A DNA stretch of 64,000 bases, taken from NCBI GenBank assembly GCA_043823745.1, contig JBDRAN010000002.1, forward strand, positions 6,296-70,295. The letters are read 5' to 3'. The stretch is from Candidatus Omnitrophota bacterium. Lineage in GTDB: Bacteria > Omnitrophota > Gorgyraeia > Duberdicusellales > 4484-171. This document shows, piece by piece, positions 19,004-29,171 of the stretch. The notes under the pieces were generated by a model. It ran no database searches, was not told the origin of the DNA, and saw nothing but the letters and a program-made list of their open reading frames with translations. Every line of letters starts with the position of its first letter. The stretch's first letter is position 1. Made by a program: the position numbers and the translations under genes.

Positions 19004-19966
19004 ATGAAATCAATAACGATCCTTGGCGCAGGGAAGTCAGGGTTGGCGCTTGCGCACGCGCTGCGGGCAAAGGGGAGCCAAGCACCGATAACGATTATAG
19101 ACAAAAATCTTTATTTTCTTGATAAAAAAGAGTTTATCTCCTCATTTTCATTTGATACGCGTATTGATCGCGGTACGCTTGCTAAAGATGCCGGGATTGC
19201 ATTCGTGCAGGCAACCGTTGAAAGGGTAAACCCCTCAAGAAAAAAGATATATCGTAAAGAGGGAGAGCCGTGCGATTACGAAACGCTTGTGGTTGCAACG
19301 GGTCTGGCGCAGGTGCCTGCCACGTTTAAGGGTGACTATCGGGAAGGGTTTTTTTACTGTGCCCGCATGGATCCTTTTAGGGTAAAGGAGTTTCTTAAGA
19401 TATCCAGCGAAGCGACAGTTATTGCTGGAACCTTTTTGGGTTTAAAGCTTGTATTGGCGCTGCAGGGTAGCGGTAAAGAAGTAACGGTAGTAGGAGGATC
19501 GTGGGATTACCTGGGCGATTACCGGGAGCGCATCGTTGAATGGCTGCGCCAACGAGGTATAATCGTCTATCAAAACGCGATTGTCGAGGACGTTATCGGA
19601 GAGGGGACGGTAAAAGCGGTAAAGATTGCACCGCTTAAGGTTTTTTCTTCACAGCTTGTTTTCCTGGATGGCGGATATTCTGCCCAATGCGATTTTTTTG
19701 AAGAGCCCCCTGTCATAACGGATACATTTTCGTGTCAGTATCCGGATATATATTTTCTCGGTGATGCCGCGCGCCAGGGTATAGCCGATGAATGTTTTTA
19801 CGCCTTTAATAACAAGGAGGCGGTTGCGTGCGCACAGCTTTTAGCTGAGTATATACGAGGCGGTCCGTTTCCCGTATTTTCGCATCGTGTTCTTACGAGT
19901 TTTGATAAAAATGCGCTTATCGAGGATTTTTTAAACAATCCTCTTGCGCGCGTCGCGCAGGAATAG
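19004..19966 (+). CDS. FAD-dependent pyridine-nucleotide oxidoreductase, divergent
   Basis: N-terminal GAGKSG Rossmann motif, YETLVVATG, YFLGD; second dinucleotide motif is degenerate. Confidence 0.75.
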   Translation: MKSITILGAGKSGLALAHALRAKGSQAPITIIDKNLYFLDKKEFISSFSFDTRIDRGTLAKDAGIAFVQATVERVNPSRKKIYRKEGEPCDYETLVVATGLAQVPATFKGDYREGFFYCARMDPFRVKEFLKISSEATVIAGTFLGLKLVLALQGSGKEVTVVGGSWDYLGDYRERIVEWLRQRGIIVYQNAIVEDVIGEGTVKAVKIAPLKVFSSQLVFLDGGYSAQCDFFEEPPVITDTFSCQYPDIYFLGDAARQGIADECFYAFNNKEAVACAQLLAEYIRGGPFPVFSHRVLTSFDKNALIEDFLNNPLARVAQE

Positions 19967-20037
19967 TGTGGGAGTGCGTAGACGGTTATACGCCTTTTTG
20001 ATGTTCTTAATCATACGAGTATGTAAGGAGGTTTGTT

Positions 20038-21198
20038 ATGGCAGATTGGATTGGTATCGGTAAACGTGCACGTCGTTGTTATGGTTTTGATGAAGTGGCG
20101 TTGGTGCCCGGGAAAACTACGATCAATCCCGAAGAGGTTGATACGTCGTGGGAGTTTGGAGGAAGAAAATTTGCTGTCCCGATTCTCGCGGCCGCGATGG
20201 ATGGCGTCGTTGATGTGCGTTTTGCGTGTGAGATGTCACGTTTGGGAGGCATTGCGGTTCTTAATCTTGATGGTGTGCAAACGCGCTATGATAATCCGGA
20301 CGAGGTACTTGAATCGATCAGGAAGGCGCAGCCGGCGGAGGCCACTAATCTGATTCAGAAGATTTATACCAGCCCCGTTAAAGATAACCTTGTGGCAAAG
20401 AGGATTCAGGAAATAAAAGCAAAGAACGGGTATGCGGCGGTAAGCTGTATTCCTCAAAATGCGGTTCGGCTTGCGCCTATCGCAGAGGACGCAGGCGTTG
20501 ATTGTTTTGTGTTGCAGTCAACCGTGACGACGGTAACGCATATCGCGACAAAATATACACCTCTTGATTTATATAAATTTTGCAGGGAACGTAACGCACC
20601 GGTCATACTTGGAAATTGCGTTACTCATGACGTAACATTGGAGTTGCTTGAGACGGGGTGCGCGGCAATTTTGGTGGGCGTGGGGCCCGGTGCTTCCTGT
20701 ACTACGCGAGGCGTTCTCGGTATCGGTGTACCACAAGTTACCGCAACGATTGATTGTGCTGCCGCGCGCGACTTTTACTACCAGAAATCAGGAAAATATA
20801 TCCCGATTATTACTGATGGCGGCATGCGTCGCGGAGGTGACGTTTGTAAAGCGTTTGCGTGTGGGGCTGACGCAGTTATGATCGGCTCCTCATTCGCCCG
20901 GGCCAAAGAATCTCCCGGTCACGGCTTTCACTGGGGCATGGCGACCTCGCATGGTAATCTGCCGCGAGGAACGCGCATTGAAGTAGGTATTTCTGGTTCT
21001 GTGGAGCAGATTCTCTTTGGGCCCGCTGCGGTTGATGATGGTTCGCAAAATCTTATGGGAGCCCTGGCAACATCAATGGGTTCTTTAGGTGCGAAAATCC
21101 TTAAAGAGATGCATTTTACGGAAATTATCATTGCCCCTTCAATACAGACCGAAGGGAAGCTTTTCCAGGCGATTCAGAGAGTGGGGATGGGGAAATAG
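20038..21198 (+). CDS. guaB: IMP dehydrogenase family protein (GuaB3 type, no CBS domains)
   Basis: YGFDEVALVPG, AAAMDGVVD, GVGPGASCTTR with catalytic Cys, DGG, LPRGTR; upstream of guaA. Confidence 0.9.
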   Translation: MADWIGIGKRARRCYGFDEVALVPGKTTINPEEVDTSWEFGGRKFAVPILAAAMDGVVDVRFACEMSRLGGIAVLNLDGVQTRYDNPDEVLESIRKAQPAEATNLIQKIYTSPVKDNLVAKRIQEIKAKNGYAAVSCIPQNAVRLAPIAEDAGVDCFVLQSTVTTVTHIATKYTPLDLYKFCRERNAPVILGNCVTHDVTLELLETGCAAILVGVGPGASCTTRGVLGIGVPQVTATIDCAAARDFYYQKSGKYIPIITDGGMRRGGDVCKAFACGADAVMIGSSFARAKESPGHGFHWGMATSHGNLPRGTRIEVGISGSVEQILFGPAAVDDGSQNLMGALATSMGSLGAKILKEMHFTEIIIAPSIQTEGKLFQAIQRVGMGK

Positions 21199-21210
21199 CT
21201 ATCGTAAATG

Positions 21211-21280
21211 GTCACCAGGTCACAAAGTCACAAGATCACCCGTTTTTACTGGTGACGTGGTGACATGGTAACGTGGTGAC
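21211..21280. repeat. intergenic inverted octamer element (GTCACNAG / GTGGTGAC)
   Basis: gtcaccag-gtcacaaa-gtcacaag-atcacc, core cgtttttact, then ggtgac-gtggtgac-atggtaac-gtggtgac; the same element occurs inverted at 42708-42852. Confidence 0.9.
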
Positions 21281-21299
21281 TTTTAAGTTTGTACCAAAT

Positions 21300-22841
21300 A
21301 TGGCTAAAGACACGATTGTAATTCTTGATTTTGGTTCGCAGTACACGCAGCTGATCGCTCGCCGGGTGAGGGAGTTGAAGGTTTTTAGTGTTATTGAGCC
21401 CTGCAACGTAAGCGTTGAGCGTGTTAGAAGATACAAACCGAAAGGCATCGTTTTTTCCGGTGGTCCGCATAGCGTGTATGAAAAAAATGCTCCCGCAGTG
21501 CCGAAAGCCCTTTTTGATTTGGGGGTTCCGGTGCTGGGTATCTGTTATGGGTTGCAGAGCCTGGTAAAGGTGATGGGTGGACGCGTGTATGAGTCATATA
21601 AGCGGGAGTATGGCCGGGCGGAAATGTATATTGATAACCACGATGATCTTTTCTTTTCCTTGCCGTCGAAGATTGTTTCCTGGATGAGTCATATGGACAA
21701 AGTGGCAAAACTTCCCACAGGTTTTATCCAGCTCGCGCATACTCTGAGCACGGAATTTGCGGCTATCGGAAACCCTCAGAAAAAAATATACGGTGTCCAG
21801 TTTCATCCCGAAGTGGTACATACCGATAAGGGCTTGCAAATTATCTCTAATTTTCTATTTAGGATCTGCGATTGTTTTGCTACCTGGCAATTGGAAGATT
21901 TTGTTAAGCAGCAGGTTAGTGAGATACGCGCTCGAGTTGGCTCTCGGAATGTAATCTGCGGTTTAAGCGGAGGAGTTGATTCGTCAGCCGCTGCGGTGCT
22001 TATGAATAAAGCGATCGGGAAAAAACTGAAATGTATTTTTGTCGATAACGGATTGTTGCGTAAAGGCGAGGCCAAGAGCGTTATTAAGGTTTTTAAAGAT
22101 CATTTTAAAATTGACCTCCATCATCCTAATGCGTCAGGCCAGTTTCTTGCCAGACTTGCCGGCGTGACCGATCCTGAAGAGAAGCGCACAATCATCGGTC
22201 ATGAGTTTATCAGCGTGTTTGACGCCCAGGCCCATAAAATAAAAAATGTCAAGTTTCTGGTTCAGGGAACGCTGTATCCTGATGTGATCGAATCGGTTTC
22301 GGCGTTTGGCGGTCCGACTGCGCGTATTAAATCACACCATAATGTAGGTGGCCTGCCGGCTAATATGAAGCTTACATTGATCGAACCGTTCCGCCAACTT
22401 TTTAAAGATGAAGTGCGTCAAATCGGCAAGCTTCTGGGGCTTCCCGAAGAGATCATCCAGCGTCATCCTTTTCCCGGACCGGGGCTTGCGGTGCGCATCG
22501 TAGGAGAGATAACAAAAGAGCGTCTGGCGCTCCTGCGCGAGGCCGACGCAATACTCGAGAAAATCATCAAGGATAATAATTTATATCGAGATCTGTGGCA
22601 GGTCTTTTGTGTTCTCCTTCCGCTTAAGACCGTAGGTGTCATGGGAGATAAGCGCACGTATGAGCATGTGGTCGCGATTCGCGCGGTCAACAGCGTTGAC
22701 GGAATGACCGCCGATTGGGCGAAAATCCCCTACGAGGTGCTCAATGAGATTTCCAACGCAATTATTAATAATGTCCGCGGCATCAATAGAGTCGTTTTTG
22801 ATATTAGCTCCAAACCTCCCGCGACGATAGAGTGGGAGTAA
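21300..22841 (+). CDS. guaA: GMP synthase (glutamine-hydrolysing)
   Basis: [49 protein letters not shown]. Confidence 0.98.
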   Translation: MAKDTIVILDFGSQYTQLIARRVRELKVFSVIEPCNVSVERVRRYKPKGIVFSGGPHSVYEKNAPAVPKALFDLGVPVLGICYGLQSLVKVMGGRVYESYKREYGRAEMYIDNHDDLFFSLPSKIVSWMSHMDKVAKLPTGFIQLAHTLSTEFAAIGNPQKKIYGVQFHPEVVHTDKGLQIISNFLFRICDCFATWQLEDFVKQQVSEIRARVGSRNVICGLSGGVDSSAAAVLMNKAIGKKLKCIFVDNGLLRKGEAKSVIKVFKDHFKIDLHHPNASGQFLARLAGVTDPEEKRTIIGHEFISVFDAQAHKIKNVKFLVQGTLYPDVIESVSAFGGPTARIKSHHNVGGLPANMKLTLIEPFRQLFKDEVRQIGKLLGLPEEIIQRHPFPGPGLAVRIVGEITKERLALLREADAILEKIIKDNNLYRDLWQVFCVLLPLKTVGVMGDKRTYEHVVAIRAVNSVDGMTADWAKIPYEVLNEISNAIINNVRGINRVVFDISSKPPATIEWE

Positions 22842-22843
22842 GA

Positions 22844-22898
22844 TAAGCTTTTTAGCTCTTAAGCTGATGAGCTCATGAGCTTAAAAACTTATGAGCTC
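22844..22898. repeat. intergenic octamer element (AGCTCATG)
   Basis: agcttttt-agctctta-agctgatg-agctcatg-agcttaaa-aacttatg-agctc. Confidence 0.8.
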
Positions 22899-22921
22899 AA
22901 TGGTTTCTCGTAAAATTTACT

Positions 22922-25900
22922 ATGGCTCACAGCGAGTTTGTCCACCTCCATGTCCACACCCAATACAGCCTCTTAGACGGCGCCTGTATCCTCGAGAGAC
23001 TCATCGAGAAGGCGGCAAAGTTTAAGCTTCCGGCTTTGGCGATTACCGACCACGGCAATATTTACGGCGCGATAAAATTTTATAAGCTCTGCATGGATAA
23101 AGGGGTAAAACCCATTATCGGGTGTGAAGCCTATATTGCACCAGGCTCGCGCCTTAAAAAAGAATATAAGCCCAACGAGAAGACGAATCATCACCTTATC
23201 CTGCTCGCCAAGGACGAAGAGGGGTACCACAATTTAGTGCGCCTGGTTTCGCTCGGCCATCTTGACGGTTTCTACTATCGTCCGCGTATCGATAAAGAAA
23301 TACTCACCCAGTATAGTAAGGGGCTCATCGGCTTAAGCGCGTGCTTAAAGGGCGAGGTGGCCTCAGCTATTGTCGCCGGAAGGATTAATGACGCCTATAA
23401 AATAGCTGATGAATATTTGAATATTTTCGGCCGCGGGAATTTCTATCTTGAGGTGATGGACAACGGCCTGCCCGAGCAGCATCGGGTTAACCAGTGTTTA
23501 GTTGCGATGTCTAAGGACCTGGGTATACCGATCGTATGCACCAATGATGTGCATTATCTTGAGCAAGATGAATCGTTCGCGCAGGAGGTGCTCCTGGGAA
23601 TTCAGACACAGACGACGCTCGATGACCCTAATCGTTTTAAGTTCAACAGTAACACGTTTTATTTTAGAAGCCCCGAAGAGATGCAGACGATCTTCAAAGA
23701 CATTCCGGGCGCAAGCCGTAATACGCTTGAAGTAACCCAGAAATGTAATGTAGTCATGGATTTTACAAAACTGCACCTACCGCATTTTGCCATACCCGGA
23801 GGCGAGAGCGAGGAGAGTTTCTTGCGCCGGCTTGTGTTTGAGAATGTTGCCAAGCGTTATCCGGCCGTGGGTGCTGAGGTTACGCAACGGCTTGAATATG
23901 AGCTTGGGGTGATTTCGAAAACGGGTTTTTCGAGTTACTTCATCATTGTGTGGGATCTGATTAAATTTGCCAAGGAAAATAATATTCCGGTTGGGCCAGG
24001 CCGAGGCAGCGCGGCCGGAAGTATCGTGAGTTATATTCTGGGAATTACCGATATCGACCCGCTTCGTTACGATTTACTTTTTGAGCGATTCTTGAATCCC
24101 GAACGTATCAGCATGCCTGATATCGATATCGATTTCTGTTACGAACGCCGGTCGCGCGTTCTTGAGTACGTCGGCAAGAAGTATGGTAAGGATAATGTAG
24201 CGCAAATTATTACGTTTGGAACGATGCTTGCCCGCGCGGTGGTGCGGGATACCGGTCGTGTGATGGGCTTTAGCTACACCGATGTCGATAAGATCGCAAA
24301 GATGATACCGCAGGTTCCCGGCCACCAGATCACCTTAAAAGAGGCGGTTGCTACCAATCCCGATCTTGAAGCAATTTATAATAGCGACGATAACATAAAG
24401 CGTCTTATCGATGTCGCGTCAAAACTTGAGGGCCTTTCCCGTCATGCGTCAACGCATGCGGCAGGCGTGGTTATATCAGATACGCCGCTTATTGAGCGTA
24501 TCCCCCTTATACGCGGTTCGGAAGGGGAAGTGGTGACCGGTTTCGATATGGAGTCTCTTGAGAAGACAGGCCTTCTGAAAATGGACTTTTTAGGACTTAA
24601 AACGTTAACGGTTATCGATGAAACGGTAAAGATTGTGAAACGTACCCATGGCACCATGATCGATATCCATGCGTTACCGTTCGATGATAAGAAAACGTTC
24701 CAGCTTCTCGGCGCCGGTGACACGATTGGGGTGTTCCAGCTTGAAAGCAGGGGGATGCGGGATATTTTAAACAAATTGATACCGACCCAATTTGAGGATT
24801 TGATCGCGGTGCTCGCCCTGTATCGGCCGGGACCATTAGGCAGCGGCATGGTCGATGATTTTATTGACCGCAAGAACGGAAAAAAAGGGGTTACGTATAC
24901 CCATCCACGACTTGAACCGATACTTAAAGAAACCTACGGTATTATTCTGTATCAGGAACAGACGATGCAGATTGTTTCACATCTTGCGGGTTTCAGTCTA
25001 TCCCGCGCCGATCTCCTGCGTAAAGCTATCGGTAAGAAAATTCCCGAGATAATGGAAGAGCAGCGCAACCTGTTTGTGCACGGCTGCGCTAAGAATGCTA
25101 TTTCAGCAAAGATCGCGAATCAGATCTTTGATTTAATTGATTATTTCTCGGGGTATGGATTTAATAAATGCGTTACGGGCGACACTAAAGTAATCGATGC
25201 ACAGAGTGGAGGGTTTATCACGCTGCAGGAGCTTTATGAAAATAGATCGATTGATTTTACTTTTGGGTTCAATAAAGATTTTAAAATCGAGAAACTACGT
25301 ATCATGGATGTGGTAGCAAATGGAGTAAAGTCTGTATATGCAGTAGCGACTTCGTTAGGTAAGGAAATAGAAGCTACCGCAAATCACCCTTTCCTGACCA
25401 TACATGGCTGGAAAAAATTAGAGGATCTTAAAAGTGGAGAACGAATTGCTTTGCCTCGCGTGTTCCCTTCCGTAGGCAAGGAGTCTATAGAGCCTTATAA
25501 ACTTATTGCGTTAGCGGGAATTATCTCTGAAGGCAATACGTGTCATCCTTCAGGAGTATATTTTTATGCTGCAAATCAACGTTTCTTTAATGATTTCGTA
25601 AAAAGCGTAAAATGTTTCCCGCATACGTTGCCCACTATTATAAGGCGTAGAAATATTTTCGAGGCATATTGCGGTACAGGCAGAGACGCTCGTTTTCTTA
25701 AAGGCAATATTCCCTGGAATAAGAGATGTGGTGTTAGTTGCGCAGAAGAAGTAATGATCCGTTCGGGTTTCCGGGTGTGGCTGGAAGAATTGGATCTGAT
25801 AGGGAAAAAAGCTGATGAAAAATTTATACCCGGTTTTATATTTCGACTCGATAATGAGTCATTGAAGTTATTTGTGGGGCGCCTATGGTCTGGAGATGGT

Positions 25901-27682
25901 TTTATTTTTAGCAAACAGAATACGTTGCCTTTTTATGCTTCGTCTTCACATAAGATAGCGCTTTCATTACATGACCTTTTGCTGCGCTTTGGAATCATAA
26001 GTAAGATTTATCAAAAGAAATTTAAATATCATTATAAAGGGGAAATGGATATTAAAAAAGGCTATGTGCTTATGGTGCATGGCGGAGTGAACATTGACAA
26101 TTTTATAGCGCACATTTGTCCGTATATTGTTGGTAGAGAGAAGGCGATAGTGCATCTGAAAGAATACTACAGAAAGGTTTCAAAGAATAAAGAAAGTAAA
26201 GACACTATTCCTCAAGAGATAAAATTTACAGTGCAGAGGCTTAAGGAAGAAAAAGGAATTTCCTGGAGACGTTTGCAGGGGGAATGCGGCCTCTCGATGA
26301 GAGAGTTTGTGGGAGGTGTCCACAAATATAAAAAAGGATTCAGAAGAAGCACTATTAAGAAGTTAGGAATATTTTTTGGTTCTGATGAACTTCTTTCTGC
26401 CGCGTCTTCTGAGGTGTATTGGGATGCTATCACTTCGATAAAATATGCCGGCCCTAAGCCCACGTATGATTTACAGATAGAGAAATATCATAATTTCATT
26501 GCTAATGGCATAGTGGTGCATAATTCACATTCAACCGCGTACGCGCTTATCTCCTATCAGACCGCGTATCTAAAAGCAAATTTTGGTGCTGAGTTTATGG
26601 CAGCGCTTTTAACCAGCGAACGAAATAATACGGATAAGATCCGTGAATATGTGAATGAAGCAGGCCGTATGGGTATCAAGGTGCTTCCGCCGGATATCAA
26701 TACCAGTTTTGCTAACTTTACCGTTACTGATGACGGTAATATCCGGTTTGGATTGCTCGCGATTAAAAATGTCGGTGGGGCTGCACTTACGAGTATTATT
26801 GAGGTGCGTAAAGCCGCAAAATTTGGCGGTATTTTTGATTTTTGCGAGCGCGTGGATTCACGTACGGTAAACAAAAAAGTAATCGAAAGTCTCATTAAAT
26901 CAGGAGCAATGGATACGTTTGGTCTTCGCCGCGCGCAGATGGCGGCTATTCTTGATGGGGTCTTAAGCCGCGGGGCCGGGAAAAAGGATGCTTCTCAGCT
27001 TATGTTATTCTCTGCGCCAAAAAAAGAAGTAGTTCCCGACGTGGCGGAGTGGCCGCTTGCCCAAATTCTTAATTTTGAAAAAACCCTTCTGGGTATGTAT
27101 ATCACCAGCCACCCTTTACATGCGTACGGGACGCTTGTTAAACATATCGCGCGTGAAGAAATTGCTGCTCTCTATGAAGGTGAACGGGCCGGCGAGGTGA
27201 TTGTGTGCGGGGTGCTTGAGAAGGTTAAGGTCATTACGACCCGCAAGGGTAATGACCGGATGGCGATCGTAAAGATTGAGGATGATACTGCGGGTCTTGA
27301 CGTATTTGTATTTCCCCGTCTTTTTGAAGAGTGCAATTCTTTTTTAAAAGAAAAAGCCGTCGTGCTGCTCGTGGGCAAGCTTGAGTCCAAGGAGAAAGTT
27401 CCCAAGATTCTTGCTTCCAAGGTTATCCTTATGGAAAACATCGCTGCAAGCATAAAACAGGTTAACATTACCATCGAGAAGAACAAATTCCCGCTCGATA
27501 AGCTGCGCGGTATTTTCGTAAAAAGCAGAGGTACGATCCCCGTTGTCTTTACCCTCAAAAACTCAAAGATGGAAGGCATTAAGATCAAAACAGCCAATAA
27601 TTTTTTCCTTAACCCCAGCGATGATGTGCTCAAGGAGCTCGATGCGCTCATCGGGCAGGAAAACCTATCACTTACGCTTTAA
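22922..27682 (+). CDS. dnaE: DNA polymerase III alpha subunit, intein-containing
   Basis: HLHVHTQYSLLDG PHP domain, GRGSAAGS, PDIDIDF, KMDFLGL, YGFNK|SHS split by an intein, OB fold. Confidence 0.98.
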   Translation: MAHSEFVHLHVHTQYSLLDGACILERLIEKAAKFKLPALAITDHGNIYGAIKFYKLCMDKGVKPIIGCEAYIAPGSRLKKEYKPNEKTNHHLILLAKDEEGYHNLVRLVSLGHLDGFYYRPRIDKEILTQYSKGLIGLSACLKGEVASAIVAGRINDAYKIADEYLNIFGRGNFYLEVMDNGLPEQHRVNQCLVAMSKDLGIPIVCTNDVHYLEQDESFAQEVLLGIQTQTTLDDPNRFKFNSNTFYFRSPEEMQTIFKDIPGASRNTLEVTQKCNVVMDFTKLHLPHFAIPGGESEESFLRRLVFENVAKRYPAVGAEVTQRLEYELGVISKTGFSSYFIIVWDLIKFAKENNIPVGPGRGSAAGSIVSYILGITDIDPLRYDLLFERFLNPERISMPDIDIDFCYERRSRVLEYVGKKYGKDNVAQIITFGTMLARAVVRDTGRVMGFSYTDVDKIAKMIPQVPGHQITLKEAVATNPDLEAIYNSDDNIKRLIDVASKLEGLSRHASTHAAGVVISDTPLIERIPLIRGSEGEVVTGFDMESLEKTGLLKMDFLGLKTLTVIDETVKIVKRTHGTMIDIHALPFDDKKTFQLLGAGDTIGVFQLESRGMRDILNKLIPTQFEDLIAVLALYRPGPLGSGMVDDFIDRKNGKKGVTYTHPRLEPILKETYGIILYQEQTMQIVSHLAGFSLSRADLLRKAIGKKIPEIMEEQRNLFVHGCAKNAISAKIANQIFDLIDYFSGYGFNKCVTGDTKVIDAQSGGFITLQELYENRSIDFTFGFNKDFKIEKLRIMDVVANGVKSVYAVATSLGKEIEATANHPFLTIHGWKKLEDLKSGERIALPRVFPSVGKESIEPYKLIALAGIISEGNTCHPSGVYFYAANQRFFNDFVKSVKCFPHTLPTIIRRRNIFEAYCGTGRDARFLKGNIPWNKRCGVSCAEEVMIRSGFRVWLEELDLIGKKADEKFIPGFIFRLDNESLKLFVGRLWSGDGFIFSKQNTLPFYASSSHKIALSLHDLLLRFGIISKIYQKKFKYHYKGEMDIKKGYVLMVHGGVNIDNFIAHICPYIVGREKAIVHLKEYYRKVSKNKESKDTIPQEIKFTVQRLKEEKGISWRRLQGECGLSMREFVGGVHKYKKGFRRSTIKKLGIFFGSDELLSAASSEVYWDAITSIKYAGPKPTYDLQIEKYHNFIANGIVVHNSHSTAYALISYQTAYLKANFGAEFMAALLTSERNNTDKIREYVNEAGRMGIKVLPPDINTSFANFTVTDDGNIRFGLLAIKNVGGAALTSIIEVRKAAKFGGIFDFCERVDSRTVNKKVIESLIKSGAMDTFGLRRAQMAAILDGVLSRGAGKKDASQLMLFSAPKKEVVPDVAEWPLAQILNFEKTLLGMYITSHPLHAYGTLVKHIAREEIAALYEGERAGEVIVCGVLEKVKVITTRKGNDRMAIVKIEDDTAGLDVFVFPRLFEECNSFLKEKAVVLLVGKLESKEKVPKILASKVILMENIAASIKQVNITIEKNKFPLDKLRGIFVKSRGTIPVVFTLKNSKMEGIKIKTANNFFLNPSDDVLKELDALIGQENLSLTL
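25169..26524 (+). mobile_element. intein with LAGLIDADG homing endonuclease (452 aa)
   Basis: Starts CVTGDT after FNK; block B ATANHPF; LAGIISEG and VGRLWSGDG motifs; ends HNFIANGIVVHN before Ser; AT-richer than the exteins. Confidence 0.95.
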
Positions 27683-27816
27683 CCTAAAAAAAGGTATTCG
27701 GACTGGCCGGGCATGAATGTGCAGCCGTTACCCTGCAAAACCGACCAGGAATTTTGCAGAAAACACGATTTTGTGCTCCGTCGCACGTAGCGGCGCTTTT
27801 TTGCAGGTATGATTTT

Positions 27817-27910
27817 GGAAAAAAGCGAAAAACTCATAATTTCATGATATAATTCATAAATGGGTTTATCCGGCCTCATAAACGCAATAATCAAAACATT
27901 CATCATAAAA
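27817..27910 (+). repeat. direct repeat copy 1 (promoter plus first 17 codons of the 30947 gene)
   Basis: 37 bp + 51 bp identical to 30903-30997, differing only between TATAAT and ATG. Confidence 0.95.
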
Positions 27911-27952
27911 CATTTAAGTCTGAAAAACCTCTCGTTAACATTAGCCGCTTAA
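27860..27952 (+). pseudogene. 30-codon chimera: 5' stub of the acyl-ACP-reductase-like gene fused to a dnaE-like C-terminal peptide
   Basis: MGLSGLINAIIKTFIIK matches the 30947 N-terminus; ends KNLSLTLAA*, compared with dnaE ENLSLTL*. Confidence 0.6.
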
Positions 27953-28075
27953 CGCATTTGCCTTTTTGTTCTAGCCCGACAAAATAGCATTCTTTTGGCT
28001 GATTTTTCTGATATAATTACGTAGGTATAATCCACTGCGGGGCATAATGCCTCTAAGCCACGGCATAAGCAAAAT

Positions 28076-29164
28076 ATGGAAAGAAAAAAAACTATTCTTT
28101 TGACCGGCGCTACTGGTCTTTTGGGTTCGTATTTATTGAAACTTTTTCTCGAAGAAGGCCATAAAGTTTATGCCCTCGCAAGAAGCAAAGATCATATTAA
28201 TGCAACCAGCAGGGTTATAAATTCCTTACGATTGTGGGATGAAACTATCTCTCCATCAAGCTATGCAGGAAAATTGATCGTAGTAGATGGTGATATTACA
28301 TCTTCTGACTTCAAAATTGAAACAAAAGAGATCATTGCACTTTTTCGATCGGAAGTTGAAATGATTTTTCATTGCGCAGCCTTAACGCTTTTTCGAGCCC
28401 CCCTAGAGATAATGCGAAAAATAAATGTAGAAGGTACTAAGAATATTTTAGATTTTTCTTTGACTTGCCTGCGGCTAAAAAATATAAATTATATAAGTAC
28501 AGCTTTTGTCGCGGGCAACAAAAATGGAATCGATTTTGACGAAAATATGTTGGAGTTGGGCCAGGGTTTTTATAATACCTACGAACAAACAAAATATGAA
28601 GTAGAAATATTGCTTAAAGATTACCAAAAAAAAGGCCTGATAATTTCTATTTTTCGTCCCAGCGTAGTAATGGGTGATTCTAAAGAGGGAAAGACTAATA
28701 ATTTCCATCTTTTTTATGAACCAACTCGTTTTTTTTCCCAAGGATTCTTTCCCGCGTTTCCTATGAATTTAGATTGTTCGTTGAACCTTATAAATATAGA
28801 TATCGCCGCTAAAGCAATTTTTATTCTAAGCGATATGGAAAAATCTGACGTTTATCATATCGTTTCCCCGGAAGATACTAATATGCATTTTTTTGCTAAA
28901 CTCGCCTCTTCTTATTTCAATTTCGAAATGCCGGAATTTATTCCTGAAGAGAAATTTGACTTCAGTGCCTGGACTGATGGGCAAAAATTATTAGGCGGAC
29001 CTTTCGTTCCTTATTGTAATTATAAGACGAAATTTGTATCACATAAAACACAACAAATTATGAGCCAATATAATTTTATATATCCTCAAATCAACGAGAG
29101 TAATCTTACTAAAATATTTGAATACTGCGATAAAGTTGGTTTTATAAAAAGGAAAAGACTATAA
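28076..29164 (+). CDS. extended SDR of the fatty-acyl/thioester reductase type (NAD_binding_4-like)
   Basis: LLTGATGLLGS, IFHCAA, INVEGT, YISTAFVAG, YEQTK (YxxxK), FRPSVVMG. Confidence 0.85.
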   Translation: MERKKTILLTGATGLLGSYLLKLFLEEGHKVYALARSKDHINATSRVINSLRLWDETISPSSYAGKLIVVDGDITSSDFKIETKEIIALFRSEVEMIFHCAALTLFRAPLEIMRKINVEGTKNILDFSLTCLRLKNINYISTAFVAGNKNGIDFDENMLELGQGFYNTYEQTKYEVEILLKDYQKKGLIISIFRPSVVMGDSKEGKTNNFHLFYEPTRFFSQGFFPAFPMNLDCSLNLINIDIAAKAIFILSDMEKSDVYHIVSPEDTNMHFFAKLASSYFNFEMPEFIPEEKFDFSAWTDGQKLLGGPFVPYCNYKTKFVSHKTQQIMSQYNFIYPQINESNLTKIFEYCDKVGFIKRKRL

Positions 29165-29171
29165 ATCAAAC

